This document shows, piece by piece, positions 11,046 through 22,203 of a stretch of DNA of 53,237 nt. The stretch's first letter is position 1, and every line of letters begins with the position of its first letter. Both the position numbers and the translations under genes were made by a program. The notes beneath the pieces were generated by a model. That model had not been told where the DNA came from, did no database searches, and worked only from the letters and a program-made list of their open reading frames with translations. The DNA comes from Ignavibacteria bacterium. Lineage in GTDB: Bacteria; Bacteroidota; Ignavibacteria; Kapaibacteriales; Kapaibacteriaceae. The DNA lies in assembly GCA_947459875.1 (NCBI GenBank), contig CANHFG010000005.1, forward strand, positions 1-53,237. The letters are read 5' to 3'.

Positions 11046-12401
11046 CTACCCAAACACCAACCGTAGCGCCTCTGAGAGTCGGTCAACTGACACAACAGCG
11101 GATGATGCAAGCCCCTTTGCAGGAGCGTAGATCCTCTCGAGGCCAAGACGCGTTGCCTCCGCTACCCGCTGGTCCAAATGCGATACGCGGCGCACCTCGC
11201 CCGTAAGACCAAGCTCGCCCACAAAGACGATTCCTCCGGCAAGGGGCTCATCGGTCACACTGCTCGCAATGGCCATGGCAATACCGAGGTCCAGCGCGGG
11301 GTCCTGCACGGCAATGCCGCCGGCAACGTTCACAAACACGTCTGCCTGGCGGACCTGGATGCCCCCTCGCTTTTCAAGCACGGCAAGGATCATCTGCAGT
11401 CGACGATTGTCGTATCCGGTGCACACGCGCTGTGGTACGCTGTAGCCCGAGGGCGACACCAGCGCCTGTACTTCCACGAGGAGCGGACGCGTTCCTTCCA
11501 TCACGGCTACGATGGCCGTGCCGGGCTCATTGGCGCTGCGCTGCGAAAGCAGAACCTCGCTCGGGTTGGCCACCTCACGCAGGCCGGTCGACGTCATGTC
11601 GAACACACCGATCTCATTCGTCGAACCATACCGGTTCTTCAGCGCACGGAGAACACGATACGAGTACGTTCCGTCGCCCTCAAACTGCAACACCGCATCG
11701 ACCATGTGCTCCAGGACCTTGGGTCCGGCGATCATACCGTCCTTGGTAACGTGGCCGATGATGACCATCGGCAGGCCGGTCGACTTGGCGATGCGCGTCA
11801 GCAGCGATGTACACTCGCGCACCTGTGCAACGCTTCCGGCCGATGACTCCAGCGCATCGGTGGTGATCGTCTGTACAGAGTCGATGATGACCAGGCTTGG
11901 GTTCTCGTTACTGACCAGATGCGCAATGCGCTCGACGTTTGTTTCAGACGCAACGACAATGCCCGTTGGGTCAACACCCAGCCGCTCGGCGCGCTGTTTG
12001 ATCTGGTGCAGACTCTCTTCGCCCGTTACGTATAGGCATGGACGCTCCTGCACGGCTCCGCCGACGTATGACGCAAGCTGCAGCATCAGCGTGCTCTTCC
12101 CCATACCGGGGTCGCCCCCTACCAGCACCATGCTTCCCGGGACGATGCCACCGCCGAGCACGCGATTCAGCTCCTGCATGCCGGTAGGAATTCGGGGGGT
12201 GCGCTCCACATCCACAGTGCCCAGTCGCGCAGCAGAACCGGCAGCAACGGCGGCAAGGCGACTCTTGGAACCCTTCGAGGATGATGGTGCATCAACCTCT
12301 TCGATCATGCTTTCCCAGGAGCCACATCCCGGACAGCGTCCAACCCACTTGGGCGTGGAGTGTCCACAACTGGAACAGCGATAGAGCGTGCGTATTTTCA
12401 T
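11046..12401 (-). CDS. radA: DNA repair protein RadA/Sms
   Basis: Start MKIRTLYRC (ATG 12401). Zn finger CSSC...CPGC, Walker A GDPGMGKST, KNRYG motif, Lon-like C-terminus. Confidence 0.97.
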   Translation of the reverse strand: MKIRTLYRCSSCGHSTPKWVGRCPGCGSWESMIEEVDAPSSSKGSKSRLAAVAAGSAARLGTVDVERTPRIPTGMQELNRVLGGGIVPGSMVLVGGDPGMGKSTLMLQLASYVGGAVQERPCLYVTGEESLHQIKQRAERLGVDPTGIVVASETNVERIAHLVSNENPSLVIIDSVQTITTDALESSAGSVAQVRECTSLLTRIAKSTGLPMVIIGHVTKDGMIAGPKVLEHMVDAVLQFEGDGTYSYRVLRALKNRYGSTNEIGVFDMTSTGLREVANPSEVLLSQRSANEPGTAIVAVMEGTRPLLVEVQALVSPSGYSVPQRVCTGYDNRRLQMILAVLEKRGGIQVRQADVFVNVAGGIAVQDPALDLGIAMAIASSVTDEPLAGGIVFVGELGLTGEVRRVSHLDQRVAEATRLGLERIYAPAKGLASSAVVSVDRLSEALRLVFG

Positions 12402-12430
12402 GCGTCGTAATGAAGGTGATGTGGCGGTTT

Positions 12431-12438
12431 CAAAGCTA
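12431..12438 (-). promoter_or_regulatory. Bacteroidota-type -7 element (TAnnTTTG) upstream of radA
   Basis: TAGCTTTG on the minus strand, 29 nt before the ATG. Confidence 0.5.
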
Positions 12439-12458
12439 GGAAATGTTGAACGCGGGAT

Positions 12459-13391
12459 ATGCACGAGTTGACCACAGACAGCGCCTATGAAGTATGCCGG
12501 AGGGTGACGAGCACCCACGCCAAGACCTTCTATGCGGCATCGCACTTCATTCCTTCCAATAAGCGCAACGCGTGCTATGCCGTCTATGCATTCTGTCGGT
12601 ACGTCGACGACATTGTCGATGTGGCGATGGAGTCCGGAAACGTGACACGTGAGGACGCGGTCCGCCTGGTTGAACAATGGAGAAGCGAGGTCGGTCAGGT
12701 CTATGCAGGAGATCGTGATCAGGGGGCTCATGCTCCCGACATGGCACATCAGGACCGCGCAGCCGTGCTCCTTGCCTGGGAAGACACACTGCAGACGTAT
12801 CACATTCCGCGTCATCTACCCGAAGAACTCATCGAGGGTGTGCTGATGGACACAACCATCACACGCTTTGCGACCTACGCCGAGCTTGAAGTCTATTGCT
12901 ACAAGGTCGCCTCCGTGGTGGGCCTCATGACGTCGGAGATCTTCGGCTACTCATCACCGGACGCATTGACGTATGCCGTCGATCTTGGCATCGCCATGCA
13001 GCTGACGAACATCATCCGTGATGTGAAAGAAGATGCGGTCAGGGGGCGGATCTATCTCGCCCAGGAAGACATGGAGCGCTATGGCGTAAGCGAAGACGAT
13101 GTTTTGGGCAGCCGCTTCACTCCAAATGTCCGTGCGCTGATCGCCGAATACATCCGTCGTGCCGACGTGCTGTATCGTCGGGCCGACACCGGCATCGCCA
13201 TACTCGAGCCCAGCAGTATGGTTACGGTGCTGCTGATGAGTCGCAACTACCAGAAGATCCTGCGCGTGGTTGAATCGATGGACTACAACGTTTTCACGCG
13301 ACGCGCAAGCATTGGCCTGCTCCAGAAGTTGCTGGCCGTTCCGTCGGCCTATCTTGAGGCGCGCCGCCTGCGCAACGCTCAGCTGAAGTAG
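12459..13391 (+). CDS. crtB: Phytoene/squalene synthase family protein
   Basis: AKTFY, YAFCRYVDDIVD (DDxxD), YCYKVASVVGLM, LGIAMQLTNIIRDVKED, GRIYL. Confidence 0.88.
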   Translation: MHELTTDSAYEVCRRVTSTHAKTFYAASHFIPSNKRNACYAVYAFCRYVDDIVDVAMESGNVTREDAVRLVEQWRSEVGQVYAGDRDQGAHAPDMAHQDRAAVLLAWEDTLQTYHIPRHLPEELIEGVLMDTTITRFATYAELEVYCYKVASVVGLMTSEIFGYSSPDALTYAVDLGIAMQLTNIIRDVKEDAVRGRIYLAQEDMERYGVSEDDVLGSRFTPNVRALIAEYIRRADVLYRRADTGIAILEPSSMVTVLLMSRNYQKILRVVESMDYNVFTRRASIGLLQKLLAVPSAYLEARRLRNAQLK

Positions 13392-14221
13392 TATGCTGCG
13401 TCGGTGATCGTGAAGTGTCCGTAGTCGAAGTCACCGGATTCAAGATTCCAGACGAACTCTACCTCCGTCGGAATCTTTACACCATCCATCACTTTGTAGT
13501 TGCGGCAGTGCATCGTGAAGCGCGCCTGTTCAAACCCGCTCTTGTGGTCACGATACTTGTCTGATGTGACGATGCGCTCGATCTCATCAGCATCGTTAAA
13601 GTGAAACGTTGCGTTGACGCGAGTTGCACCATCACTGATCACAGCGCGTGCCGTACGATCATCGACAGACTCCCAGCGCAGCGTCTTCGTTGGCAGAAAC
13701 GCAGTCGGGATCCAGACCAATTCGCTCAGGAAGCGAAACAGCATAGAGGTATCCGTCTCCTTCCCGCCATACTCCTGCAACGTCATGGCACCATAGAGCT
13801 TGATATGTCCATGACCTTCGCCCCGCACATAGCTCAGCTTTGCTGTGCGCCACCATGCTGCATTGTGGCGCAGCACGGCATCCCAGACAAAACCCGGCTC
13901 CATGCCGGAAATAGTTTCCGTGGCCCTGACCGTGAACCACGGACTGCCGGGACGGTGACGGAAACGAGCACGCTGTGTTAGGATCGCATAGCGGAGGTTC
14001 TCCTGTCCGATGCGCACCACATTCAGCAGATATCTCTGTACAGGTGCGGGCAACCCAACCACAAGCTCTTTGGAAAATCGGGGAAGCTGCTGGTTTGAAA
14101 TGGTTCGGACAAGTCGGCGAATAGACCTTCTGACAAAGACCCGGGAGATCAGCGCACTACCTGTCATCAGCACCAGAAAGGTGCCAAGTCCTGCAAGAAG
14201 GATGAGCGCGATCTTGGGCAT
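13379..14221 (-). CDS. Membrane-anchored conserved hypothetical protein (DUF6544-like)
   Basis: N-terminal TM helix; LPAPVQRYL, PGFVW, RFLSELVWIPTA and GVKIPT motifs. Confidence 0.65.
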   Translation of the reverse strand: MPKIALILLAGLGTFLVLMTGSALISRVFVRRSIRRLVRTISNQQLPRFSKELVVGLPAPVQRYLLNVVRIGQENLRYAILTQRARFRHRPGSPWFTVRATETISGMEPGFVWDAVLRHNAAWWRTAKLSYVRGEGHGHIKLYGAMTLQEYGGKETDTSMLFRFLSELVWIPTAFLPTKTLRWESVDDRTARAVISDGATRVNATFHFNDADEIERIVTSDKYRDHKSGFEQARFTMHCRNYKVMDGVKIPTEVEFVWNLESGDFDYGHFTITDAAYYFS

Positions 14222-14227
14222 GTTCCG

Positions 14228-15604
14228 TCAGGACTTACGTCCGGCCTCCCATGAGTACAGAGCTGATGATGCCGAACTTACTATTCCAGAGGCAGCAATC
14301 GCAACAACCATGAGCGGAATGATCTTGAACATGCCACGTCGAAGGGTCTGTTCTACGACCGCTGCACTGAAGATCGTCCCCACAAGAAACAGTCCCAGGA
14401 ACGTTGCAACGATGAATCCGATCAGCAGCGGTTGTGCCAGCCGGCGGTTCACAAGCGCGTCAACAACAATCACAGCGAAGAAGAGCCAGATGATCCAGCC
14501 CCATAACTCGGTGCTTGAGATCACCGATGTCCAGCTCGTCGAAACAACCTCAACAAACCGTGATGAATCAAAACCCCTAAGCTGTTCGGCAGTTGAAGGA
14601 CGCACCGGAAGGTATGCGTTGAAGAAGACAATGTTCCACAGGGCAAACGTCAGCGTCGACACTCCAAGAGTCCCCAGCGCACCAGCAAGCCCCTTGACAG
14701 GTCCGAAAACACGCAGTAACTGGGGCAACGCCGCTGCACCGACGAGACTCACAAGAAGGGGCGTTTCAGTGCGCGACCAGCAAGTACCGGCAAAAGCGAT
14801 GGCGCTAACGACGATGCCGGCAAACTCCTTTTCATCGATCGAACGCATGAGCATCACACAGCCGACGGCAAAGAACGCGGCGTTGGCAAAGTCCGTCTGC
14901 AGGATATACGAATACCCAAGCATCTCGGGCGTAAGAATGAACAGCACCGTCAGCAGCCCTGCGATCAGCGGATGGGCAAGACTGCGCAGCGTTGCCCAGG
15001 TAAACCACCAGAAGCAGATCGCAACGATGCTTACCCAGATCTGCGTGTAGGGGTAACCGATCAGCTTCATCATCACCTGCATGAGCATGGCGAAGGGGGC
15101 ATAAAATGGCTGGTTCGATAGCTGGCCCTGGAGCGATGGATCCGTAAAGACCTGATTGGCTATCATCCCATCTCTGGCAGCGTATCGGGCCACAAGGTCA
15201 ATTCCGGCCATGGCATCGAATGGCGTAACCGGCCAGTACCAGCTGGCCCACACAACCATGTATGCCACGTAGCCGATGAAGCCGACAATGACGACATCGT
15301 AAAGGGTTGGCCTGATGCGAGGCATCGCCAAGAGTCCAGCGAGTGATTGGCGTATGGCATTCCATCGAAGTAGCGGTACAATCATTGCAGCGATGCCTGA
15401 GACCAGCATTGTCTGCAATGAAAGTGGCACACCTGCCAGATGCGCAATGAACATCGACAGAGAATGCAGGAACATGCCCAGCAGTAGTGACATCGGAAGC
15501 AGAACGGAGCGCTGCATCCGGTAGCCGGTTGCCCCAACGGCAAAGAGCCCCACCAGCCATTGCATGAACAGTGTCAGGACGAGCAACGGGACTTCGCTTT
15601 TCAT
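14228..15604 (-). CDS. Polytopic membrane protein, probable GT-C fold glycosyltransferase
   Basis: Start MKSEV overlaps the upstream stop (ATGA). More than 10 TM segments; loop motif PVTPFDA typical of GT-C/PMT-like enzymes. Confidence 0.55.
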   Translation of the reverse strand: MKSEVPLLVLTLFMQWLVGLFAVGATGYRMQRSVLLPMSLLLGMFLHSLSMFIAHLAGVPLSLQTMLVSGIAAMIVPLLRWNAIRQSLAGLLAMPRIRPTLYDVVIVGFIGYVAYMVVWASWYWPVTPFDAMAGIDLVARYAARDGMIANQVFTDPSLQGQLSNQPFYAPFAMLMQVMMKLIGYPYTQIWVSIVAICFWWFTWATLRSLAHPLIAGLLTVLFILTPEMLGYSYILQTDFANAAFFAVGCVMLMRSIDEKEFAGIVVSAIAFAGTCWSRTETPLLVSLVGAAALPQLLRVFGPVKGLAGALGTLGVSTLTFALWNIVFFNAYLPVRPSTAEQLRGFDSSRFVEVVSTSWTSVISSTELWGWIIWLFFAVIVVDALVNRRLAQPLLIGFIVATFLGLFLVGTIFSAAVVEQTLRRGMFKIIPLMVVAIAASGIVSSASSALYSWEAGRKS

Positions 15605-16116
15605 TGACGCGCTCCGAGTCGTTCGTAGACCTGCAGAAGAGAATCGATATTGGTGCTGCCGCCCGGCCTCGTAAGCCAGATCGTATTCTGCTCCAGTACA
15701 ACGTAGGCATTGGCCTTGTGGCGCCGGGCGGTATCCGACCACGCGACGATCGGCTGGAAGCCAACCATCCATGTGAAGATCCGCGGATCGGTCCAGAATG
15801 CCTTAGTGGCCATGAACTGATTGCCATACTCCATCGGAGGCAGCAGAAGCGTATCGTTTGGACGCAGTTTGCTGACGATGTATTCGGGGATCTCGAGGTT
15901 GGCCATGTGCCGCATGTAGATGCGATCCCGCCAGCCACGGATGCGATTCAACGAGTCGAGCTTCTCTCGATAGAGCTCAATGCGCGCCGCAAAGGATGAT
16001 GCATAGGGATTCCCCTCACCCAGATACGGTCCAACGAGTACCGTCAGCACAGCGATCACACCAATAGTGAGCGCTATGCCCCGGACGGTGAAAACTGGTC
16101 GCTCCTGCTCGGTCAC
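15601..16116 (-). CDS. Hypothetical protein with N-terminal membrane anchor
   Basis: 171 aa, starts 14 nt after the atpG stop, coupled to the next gene by an ATGA overlap. Confidence 0.65.
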   Translation of the reverse strand: MTEQERPVFTVRGIALTIGVIAVLTVLVGPYLGEGNPYASSFAARIELYREKLDSLNRIRGWRDRIYMRHMANLEIPEYIVSKLRPNDTLLLPPMEYGNQFMATKAFWTDPRIFTWMVGFQPIVAWSDTARRHKANAYVVLEQNTIWLTRPGGSTNIDSLLQVYERLGARQ

Positions 16117-16130
16117 GGGACAACTCCCGC

Positions 16131-17012
16131 TTATGCACTAGCCAGTGCTTCAGCGCCACCAACGATCTCAAGCATTTCCTTGGTGATCGCGGCCTGACGC
16201 TCACGGTTGTAGAGAAGCTGAAGGCTGCGCATCAGATCCCGCGCGTTCGTCGTTGCGTTTTCCATCGCCATTCGTCGGGCGGCATGCTCGGCCGCATTCG
16301 AATCCAGAAGCGACGTCCAGATCTGCAGCTTGACGTACATCGGAAGCAGCGTATCGAGAATCTCACCGCGTGAAGGTTCGTAGATATAGTCGATGCTTGC
16401 GTTCGACGTGCCTTCTGATGCCGCCGCCACGATCGGGAGCAACTGCGTTGTGCGCACAACCTGACGCATGACGTTGACGAACTGGTTGCCGAGGATCTCT
16501 ACATGGTCGATCTGCATGCCAAGGAATCCGTCCGAAACCAGATCGGCGATCTCTACGGCAGTGCTGTAATCAAGCTTGAAGAAGATGTCCGAGAACTCCT
16601 TCAGGATCGCATCCTTTTCCTTGCGGACGGCATTAACGGCACGCTTGCCCACGGGAATAATGTGGATCGTCGCCTTGGGATATGCGCTACGGAGCTCTGC
16701 AATACGCGTGGTGAGTGCACGCAGAACGTTTGCGTTGAACGCGCCGCACAGTCCGCGATCAGCCGTGATCGGAATGATCGCGATGTTGCTGACGTCCTTG
16801 CGCACTTCAAAGAATGGATGTACGAACTCGGAATCGGCCGATGAGAGATTACCGAGGATCTTCTGGACCTGATTGGCAAAGGGGCGAGCAGCCGTGATCG
16901 CATCCTGTGCACGGCGTAGCTTGGCCGTGGCGACCATGCTCATGGCCTGGGTGATCTTCGATGTGTTTCGGACCGATACGATCCGGTCCCGTGTCTCGCG
17001 GAGAGTTGCCAT
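16131..17012 (-). CDS. atpG: ATP synthase F1 gamma subunit
   Basis: KITQAMSMVATAKL, DRGLCGAFN, EHAARRMAMENATTNA, RQAAITKEMLEIVGGA. Confidence 0.97.
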   Translation of the reverse strand: MATLRETRDRIVSVRNTSKITQAMSMVATAKLRRAQDAITAARPFANQVQKILGNLSSADSEFVHPFFEVRKDVSNIAIIPITADRGLCGAFNANVLRALTTRIAELRSAYPKATIHIIPVGKRAVNAVRKEKDAILKEFSDIFFKLDYSTAVEIADLVSDGFLGMQIDHVEILGNQFVNVMRQVVRTTQLLPIVAAASEGTSNASIDYIYEPSRGEILDTLLPMYVKLQIWTSLLDSNAAEHAARRMAMENATTNARDLMRSLQLLYNRERQAAITKEMLEIVGGAEALASA

Positions 17013-17045
17013 AGGTTGCTTCTTCGATTACAAGTCGTCAGGGTT

Positions 17046-18008
17046 TCAAAGGTATGGCCACTCACGAGTGAGATGGCCGTTCACATAATCAGCAACGGAA
17101 TCTTCCAGCGACCCGAAGGTCACACCCGGAAGAACCCCGTGGAAGGTCGACATGTCAGCCTGCGTGTAGTTCTGATACTGCCGAGCAAGCTCTGCAGGCA
17201 TTTCGATGTACCTGATGTCGGTCTCTCGACCCATGGCCGCAAAAACCGCACCCATCAGATCGTTCCAAGACCGCGCAACCCCTGTCCCGAGGTTCAGGAT
17301 ACCGTTCACGTCGGGCTGGTTCAACAACCGCATCATCACCGCGCACACATCTTTGACGTAGATAAAATCGCGCATCTGTCCGCCATCCGAGTATGCAGAG
17401 TCAGTGCTCTTGAAAAGCTGAACGTAACCGTTCTGATTGATCTGCCCAACGGCCTTGGAGACCAGACTTGCCATCGAGCCCTTGTGGTACTCGTTCGGAC
17501 CGAAGACGTTGAAGAACTTCAGCCCCACACAAGCCCCTTCCATGCCCTGACGTCGGATCCACTGATCGAACAGATGCTTCGAGTAGCCATACATGTTCAG
17601 CGGACGCAGATCTGATGACCGATCAGAGTAACCCAAGCTGCCATCACCATAGGTCGCGGCCGAACTTGCATAGATCAACCGAAGATCATTCTCAAAGGCG
17701 AACTCGGCAACATCGACGCTGTAGCGGTAATTATTGTCATACAGGTAGTCGGCGTCGGTTTCAGTCGTAGAACTGCAGGCCCCAAGATGAACGATCGCCT
17801 CGACGTCCTCATCGAGTCCGCCAATGGCCATCATGTCTCGAAAATCTTCCTTGCTGACGATGTCAATGTACGTGTGACCTGCTAGGTTCTTCCATTTCTG
17901 GCCGCTGCCGAGCGAGTCAACGATCAACACATCCTCACGTCCGGCCGCATTCAGCGTTGCCAGAAAGCAGCTTCCGATGAAGCCGGCACCGCCCGTGAGA
18001 ATGATCAT
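17046..18008 (-). CDS. rfaD: ADP-L-glycero-D-manno-heptose 6-epimerase
   Basis: TGGAGFIGS, HLGACSSTTE, YASSAATYG, PLNMYGYSK (YxxxK), FFNVFGPNEYHKGSMAS, RDFIYVKD. Confidence 0.93.
   Translation of the reverse strand: MIILTGGAGFIGSCFLATLNAAGREDVLIVDSLGSGQKWKNLAGHTYIDIVSKEDFRDMMAIGGLDEDVEAIVHLGACSSTTETDADYLYDNNYRYSVDVAEFAFENDLRLIYASSAATYGDGSLGYSDRSSDLRPLNMYGYSKHLFDQWIRRQGMEGACVGLKFFNVFGPNEYHKGSMASLVSKAVGQINQNGYVQLFKSTDSAYSDGGQMRDFIYVKDVCAVMMRLLNQPDVNGILNLGTGVARSWNDLMGAVFAAMGRETDIRYIEMPAELARQYQNYTQADMSTFHGVLPGVTFGSLEDSVADYVNGHLTREWPYL
17047..17054 (-). promoter_or_regulatory. Possible internal -7 promoter for atpG overlapping the rfaD stop
   Basis: TACCTTTG(A) formed by the last rfaD codons TAC CTT TGA, 34 nt before the atpG ATG. 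Confidence 0.4.
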
Positions 18009-18020
18009 CTGTGCTCCGAA

Positions 18021-19571
<1,551 letters not shown>

Positions 19572-19613
19572 TTCTGTAGTTCCTTAAGGATTTGTGTCGT
19601 TCGTTGGAATGAG

Positions 19614-20153
19614 TTACGCCTGGGCGAGCTTCTTGCCCAGCACGGCGAGTTGATGTCGAAGTGAACCGTCATGCACCTGATCGCCGACGCGAACCACGGC
19701 TCCGCCGATGATGGAGGCATCGGTAGCGTAGGTTGCGATCACGGAGCGCCCGAGAGACTTCGAAAGTGCGCCCTCAATGCGCTCGCGCTCGGCAGCGGAA
19801 AGCTCCGTTGCCGATGTCACGTCAACACGCTGGATGTTCCGGATCGTATCGACTTGCGCGCCCACCTCGCCGACGATTTCCCTCCAGACGTCCCCCCGCC
19901 CCTTGTCAACAACAAGGTGAAGAAACGACAGCGTCAGGGGGCTGACCCTGGAAGAAAAAAGCTCGTCGACAATGCTTTTCTTGAGTTCGAGGGTTACCAC
20001 CGGACTGCGAAGCACGGCCTGGAGCTCCTTCGAAGATTCGACCATTGCACGGACCGTAGCCATATCAGCGGCAATGGTATCAACCGAACCCGACGCAACG
20101 GCCGAGGACAGCAGTGCTTTGGCATAACGGCGGGCGATCTTGAGACTTGACAT
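19614..20153 (-). CDS. atpH: ATP synthase F1 delta subunit
   Basis: IARRYAKAL, IIGGAVVRVGDQVHDGSL; operon position. Confidence 0.95.
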   Translation of the reverse strand: MSSLKIARRYAKALLSSAVASGSVDTIAADMATVRAMVESSKELQAVLRSPVVTLELKKSIVDELFSSRVSPLTLSFLHLVVDKGRGDVWREIVGEVGAQVDTIRNIQRVDVTSATELSAAERERIEGALSKSLGRSVIATYATDASIIGGAVVRVGDQVHDGSLRHQLAVLGKKLAQA

Positions 20154-20158
20154 GTGGA

Positions 20159-20653
20159 TCAGTTCTTCGAGAGTTCGTTGACGTAAGATTCGACGATGCG
20201 CTTGTGGTCTTCTCCGTCGAGCGAGCGTCCGATCAGCTTCTCTGTTGCTCCCACGACCAGCGACGCTACTTCGTTGCGCAGGACCTGAATTGCCTCGTCC
20301 TTCTGACGGTCGATCTCACGCTGTGCTTCGGCAAGCTTCTGCTGCTTGACGTGTTCCGCTTCCTCAGAGGCCCTGCGGATAATGTTCTCTGCCTGGTTGC
20401 GCCCTTCCTTGACGATATCCATTGTTTCGCGCTGGGCCTTTGCCAGGCGCTCCTGGTTTTCGCGGATCAGGTCCTGTGCCTCACGATTGGCACGCTCGGC
20501 CGCTGTGATCGCTTCACGGATCGATGTTTCCCGGGAAGCGATCGCATCGCGCATCGGCTTCCAGCCGAACTTCCCGATGATCAGGGCAAAGATGCTGAAG
20601 TTGATGAGGGTCCAGATGACCAGACCCGGGTCGAACGAAAGAAATGCTGGCAT
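20159..20653 (-). CDS. atpF: ATP synthase F0 subunit b
   Basis: PGLVIWTLINF...KFGWKP then a long coiled coil. Confidence 0.95.
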   Translation of the reverse strand: MPAFLSFDPGLVIWTLINFSIFALIIGKFGWKPMRDAIASRETSIREAITAAERANREAQDLIRENQERLAKAQRETMDIVKEGRNQAENIIRRASEEAEHVKQQKLAEAQREIDRQKDEAIQVLRNEVASLVVGATEKLIGRSLDGEDHKRIVESYVNELSKN

Positions 20654-20657
20654 GACA

Positions 20658-20699
20658 GGTGTGAGGTTTCGGGTGTGATGTGTGAGGTTTCAAGTTTCG
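20658..20699. repeat. Six tandem degenerate heptamers
   Basis: GGTGTGA GGTTTCG GGTGTGA TGTGTGA GGTTTCA AGTTTCG, ending 4 nt before the atpF start. Confidence 0.75.
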
Positions 20700-20744
20700 A
20701 TTGCTGGCAGCGCCTGACCATCCGGCAATAGCGCTTCCGGCAAC

Positions 20745-20765
20745 CGACCCCGGCATGCGGGGTCG
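20745..20765. promoter_or_regulatory. GC-rich stem-loop just downstream of atpE
   Basis: CGACCCCG-gcatg-CGGGGTCG, perfect 8-bp stem, no U-tract. Confidence 0.55.
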
Positions 20766-20779
20766 TAGAAGTGTCAGAA

Positions 20780-21013
20780 TTACGGGTTCTTGACAGCCAG
20801 GAGGATACACACAACGCCGGCCAGAAGGGCAACGCCTTCGATAAGGGCGGCGCCGATGATCATCGTTGTGCGGATATCGCCCGCGTTTTCAGGCTGACGG
20901 CTGCTGGCTTCGAGAGCGGCTGCTGCGAGACGACCGATACCGGTGCCGACGCCGAAGACCGTGATGCCAAGACCGAGACCGGCTGACAACCAGGCAAATG
21001 CTACTGGATCCAT
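20780..21013 (-). CDS. atpE: ATP synthase F0 subunit c
   Basis: Start MDPVAF (ATG 21013). GxGxGxG helix, RQPE loop, ion-binding Glu in ALIEG. Confidence 0.96.
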   Translation of the reverse strand: MDPVAFAWLSAGLGLGITVFGVGTGIGRLAAAALEASSRQPENAGDIRTTMIIGAALIEGVALLAGVVCILLAVKNP

Positions 21014-21078
21014 GAGACTTCCTTCCAAAGTGAGTTGAGGTAAAAATGTTGTTGTCTGTTTCGACGTTGCGTTTGGGA

Positions 21079-22176
21079 TCAGTGCGCCTCGGCGTGATGA
21101 TGGTCATCATGCTGGGCATGGTCGCCCAGAGCCAGACCGACAAAAACAGCCGAAAGCATCGTGAAAATGTATGCCTGCAGGAACGCCACCAGGAGTTCAA
21201 GCAGGTAGATGAACACCGAGAATAGAACGCTGATCGGGGCAACTCCCCATCCGACCGTTGGGCCCATCTCCTGCGCGAAGAAGAAGATCAAACCAACGAG
21301 CGACATCAGCACAATGTGTCCGGCCGTCATGTTCGCAAAAAGACGGATCATGAGCGCGAAGGGCTTGGTGATAATGCCGACCAGTTCGATCGGAACCATG
21401 ATCGGTGCGATGTATGCAGGTGCGCCTCCGAGCAGGTGGGCAAACCATGCTTTGACGCCGGCATCCTTGAAGGCGATGTAGTTCACCACGATCAGCGTGC
21501 AGGTTGCCAGTGCCATTGTCACCGGCAGTGCACCGGTTGCGGCATGCGCACCGGGGAGCAGCGAGATCAGATTCAAGGACAGAATGAAGAAGAAAAGCGA
21601 CAACATGAACGGCATCAGGCGCGACGCACGCTTTTCCGTTCCAACGTTCGGCTGCACGATCTGATCACGCACATAGACCACCAGCGACTCGAGTACATTC
21701 TGAATTCCGCGAGGAGCCGAAAGGGGCGACTTGCGATAGCGTGAACGGGCGATGCCAAACAGGATGGTCACAAGGATCATTGCGATCCACTGGTACGCCA
21801 CAAAGTTGGTGACCGACAGATCAAGCTTCGGTCCTACCGGAGCACCAGCAGCATCCTTGAGAGTTGTGCTGACAATCTTGTGCGGTGCCGCAGGATGATG
21901 CATGGTGAACTGACCGGACTCTTCCATCGCATGCAGATTGGCATAGGTGTGGAATGAGTTCGTTTCATCCATGAGGATGATCGGCAGAATCTCATAGTGG
22001 CCGAAAAAGATGTTCAGCTCATGGTGATCACCAAGCTGATCCAGCAGCTTGTTGAACGTGAACTTGCCGTCATCATGTCCGGCCGAGTGGCCGGACGCAT
22101 GCGTGCCCGGCGCTGCATGAAGACTGTCAGCACCGTGTCCGGTCGAATCGTGTTGTTGCACTTGTTCTTTACTCAT
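21079..22176 (-). CDS. atpB: ATP synthase F0 subunit a
   Basis: KPFALMIRLFANMTAGH, LELLVAFLQAYIFTML; His-rich termini. Confidence 0.96.
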   Translation of the reverse strand: MSKEQVQQHDSTGHGADSLHAAPGTHASGHSAGHDDGKFTFNKLLDQLGDHHELNIFFGHYEILPIILMDETNSFHTYANLHAMEESGQFTMHHPAAPHKIVSTTLKDAAGAPVGPKLDLSVTNFVAYQWIAMILVTILFGIARSRYRKSPLSAPRGIQNVLESLVVYVRDQIVQPNVGTEKRASRLMPFMLSLFFFILSLNLISLLPGAHAATGALPVTMALATCTLIVVNYIAFKDAGVKAWFAHLLGGAPAYIAPIMVPIELVGIITKPFALMIRLFANMTAGHIVLMSLVGLIFFFAQEMGPTVGWGVAPISVLFSVFIYLLELLVAFLQAYIFTMLSAVFVGLALGDHAQHDDHHHAEAH

Positions 22177-22203
22177 AGTCTTGATCGTTCTCGTGCAGAA
22201 GCG

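Noticed and set aside
11178-12384. Long antisense ORFs over radA (likewise over atpA, ddl, clpC, S8 and ABC genes, e.g. 14010-15050, 22424-23368, 32385-33389, 50266-51387)
   Set aside because: Shadow frames of well-supported genes, expected with GC-rich codon usage; no recognisable motifs.
12402-12815. 138-aa N-terminal extension of RadA in the ORF track
   Set aside because: It overlaps crtB on the other strand; the canonical start is ATG 12401 with a promoter motif upstream.
12459-13391. Carotenoid biosynthetic gene cluster
   Set aside because: Only the synthase is present; no desaturase or cyclase genes are nearby.
20780-21013. Na+-coupled ATP synthase
   Set aside because: Subunit c has IEG rather than the Q...E(S/T) sodium signature, consistent with H+ coupling.
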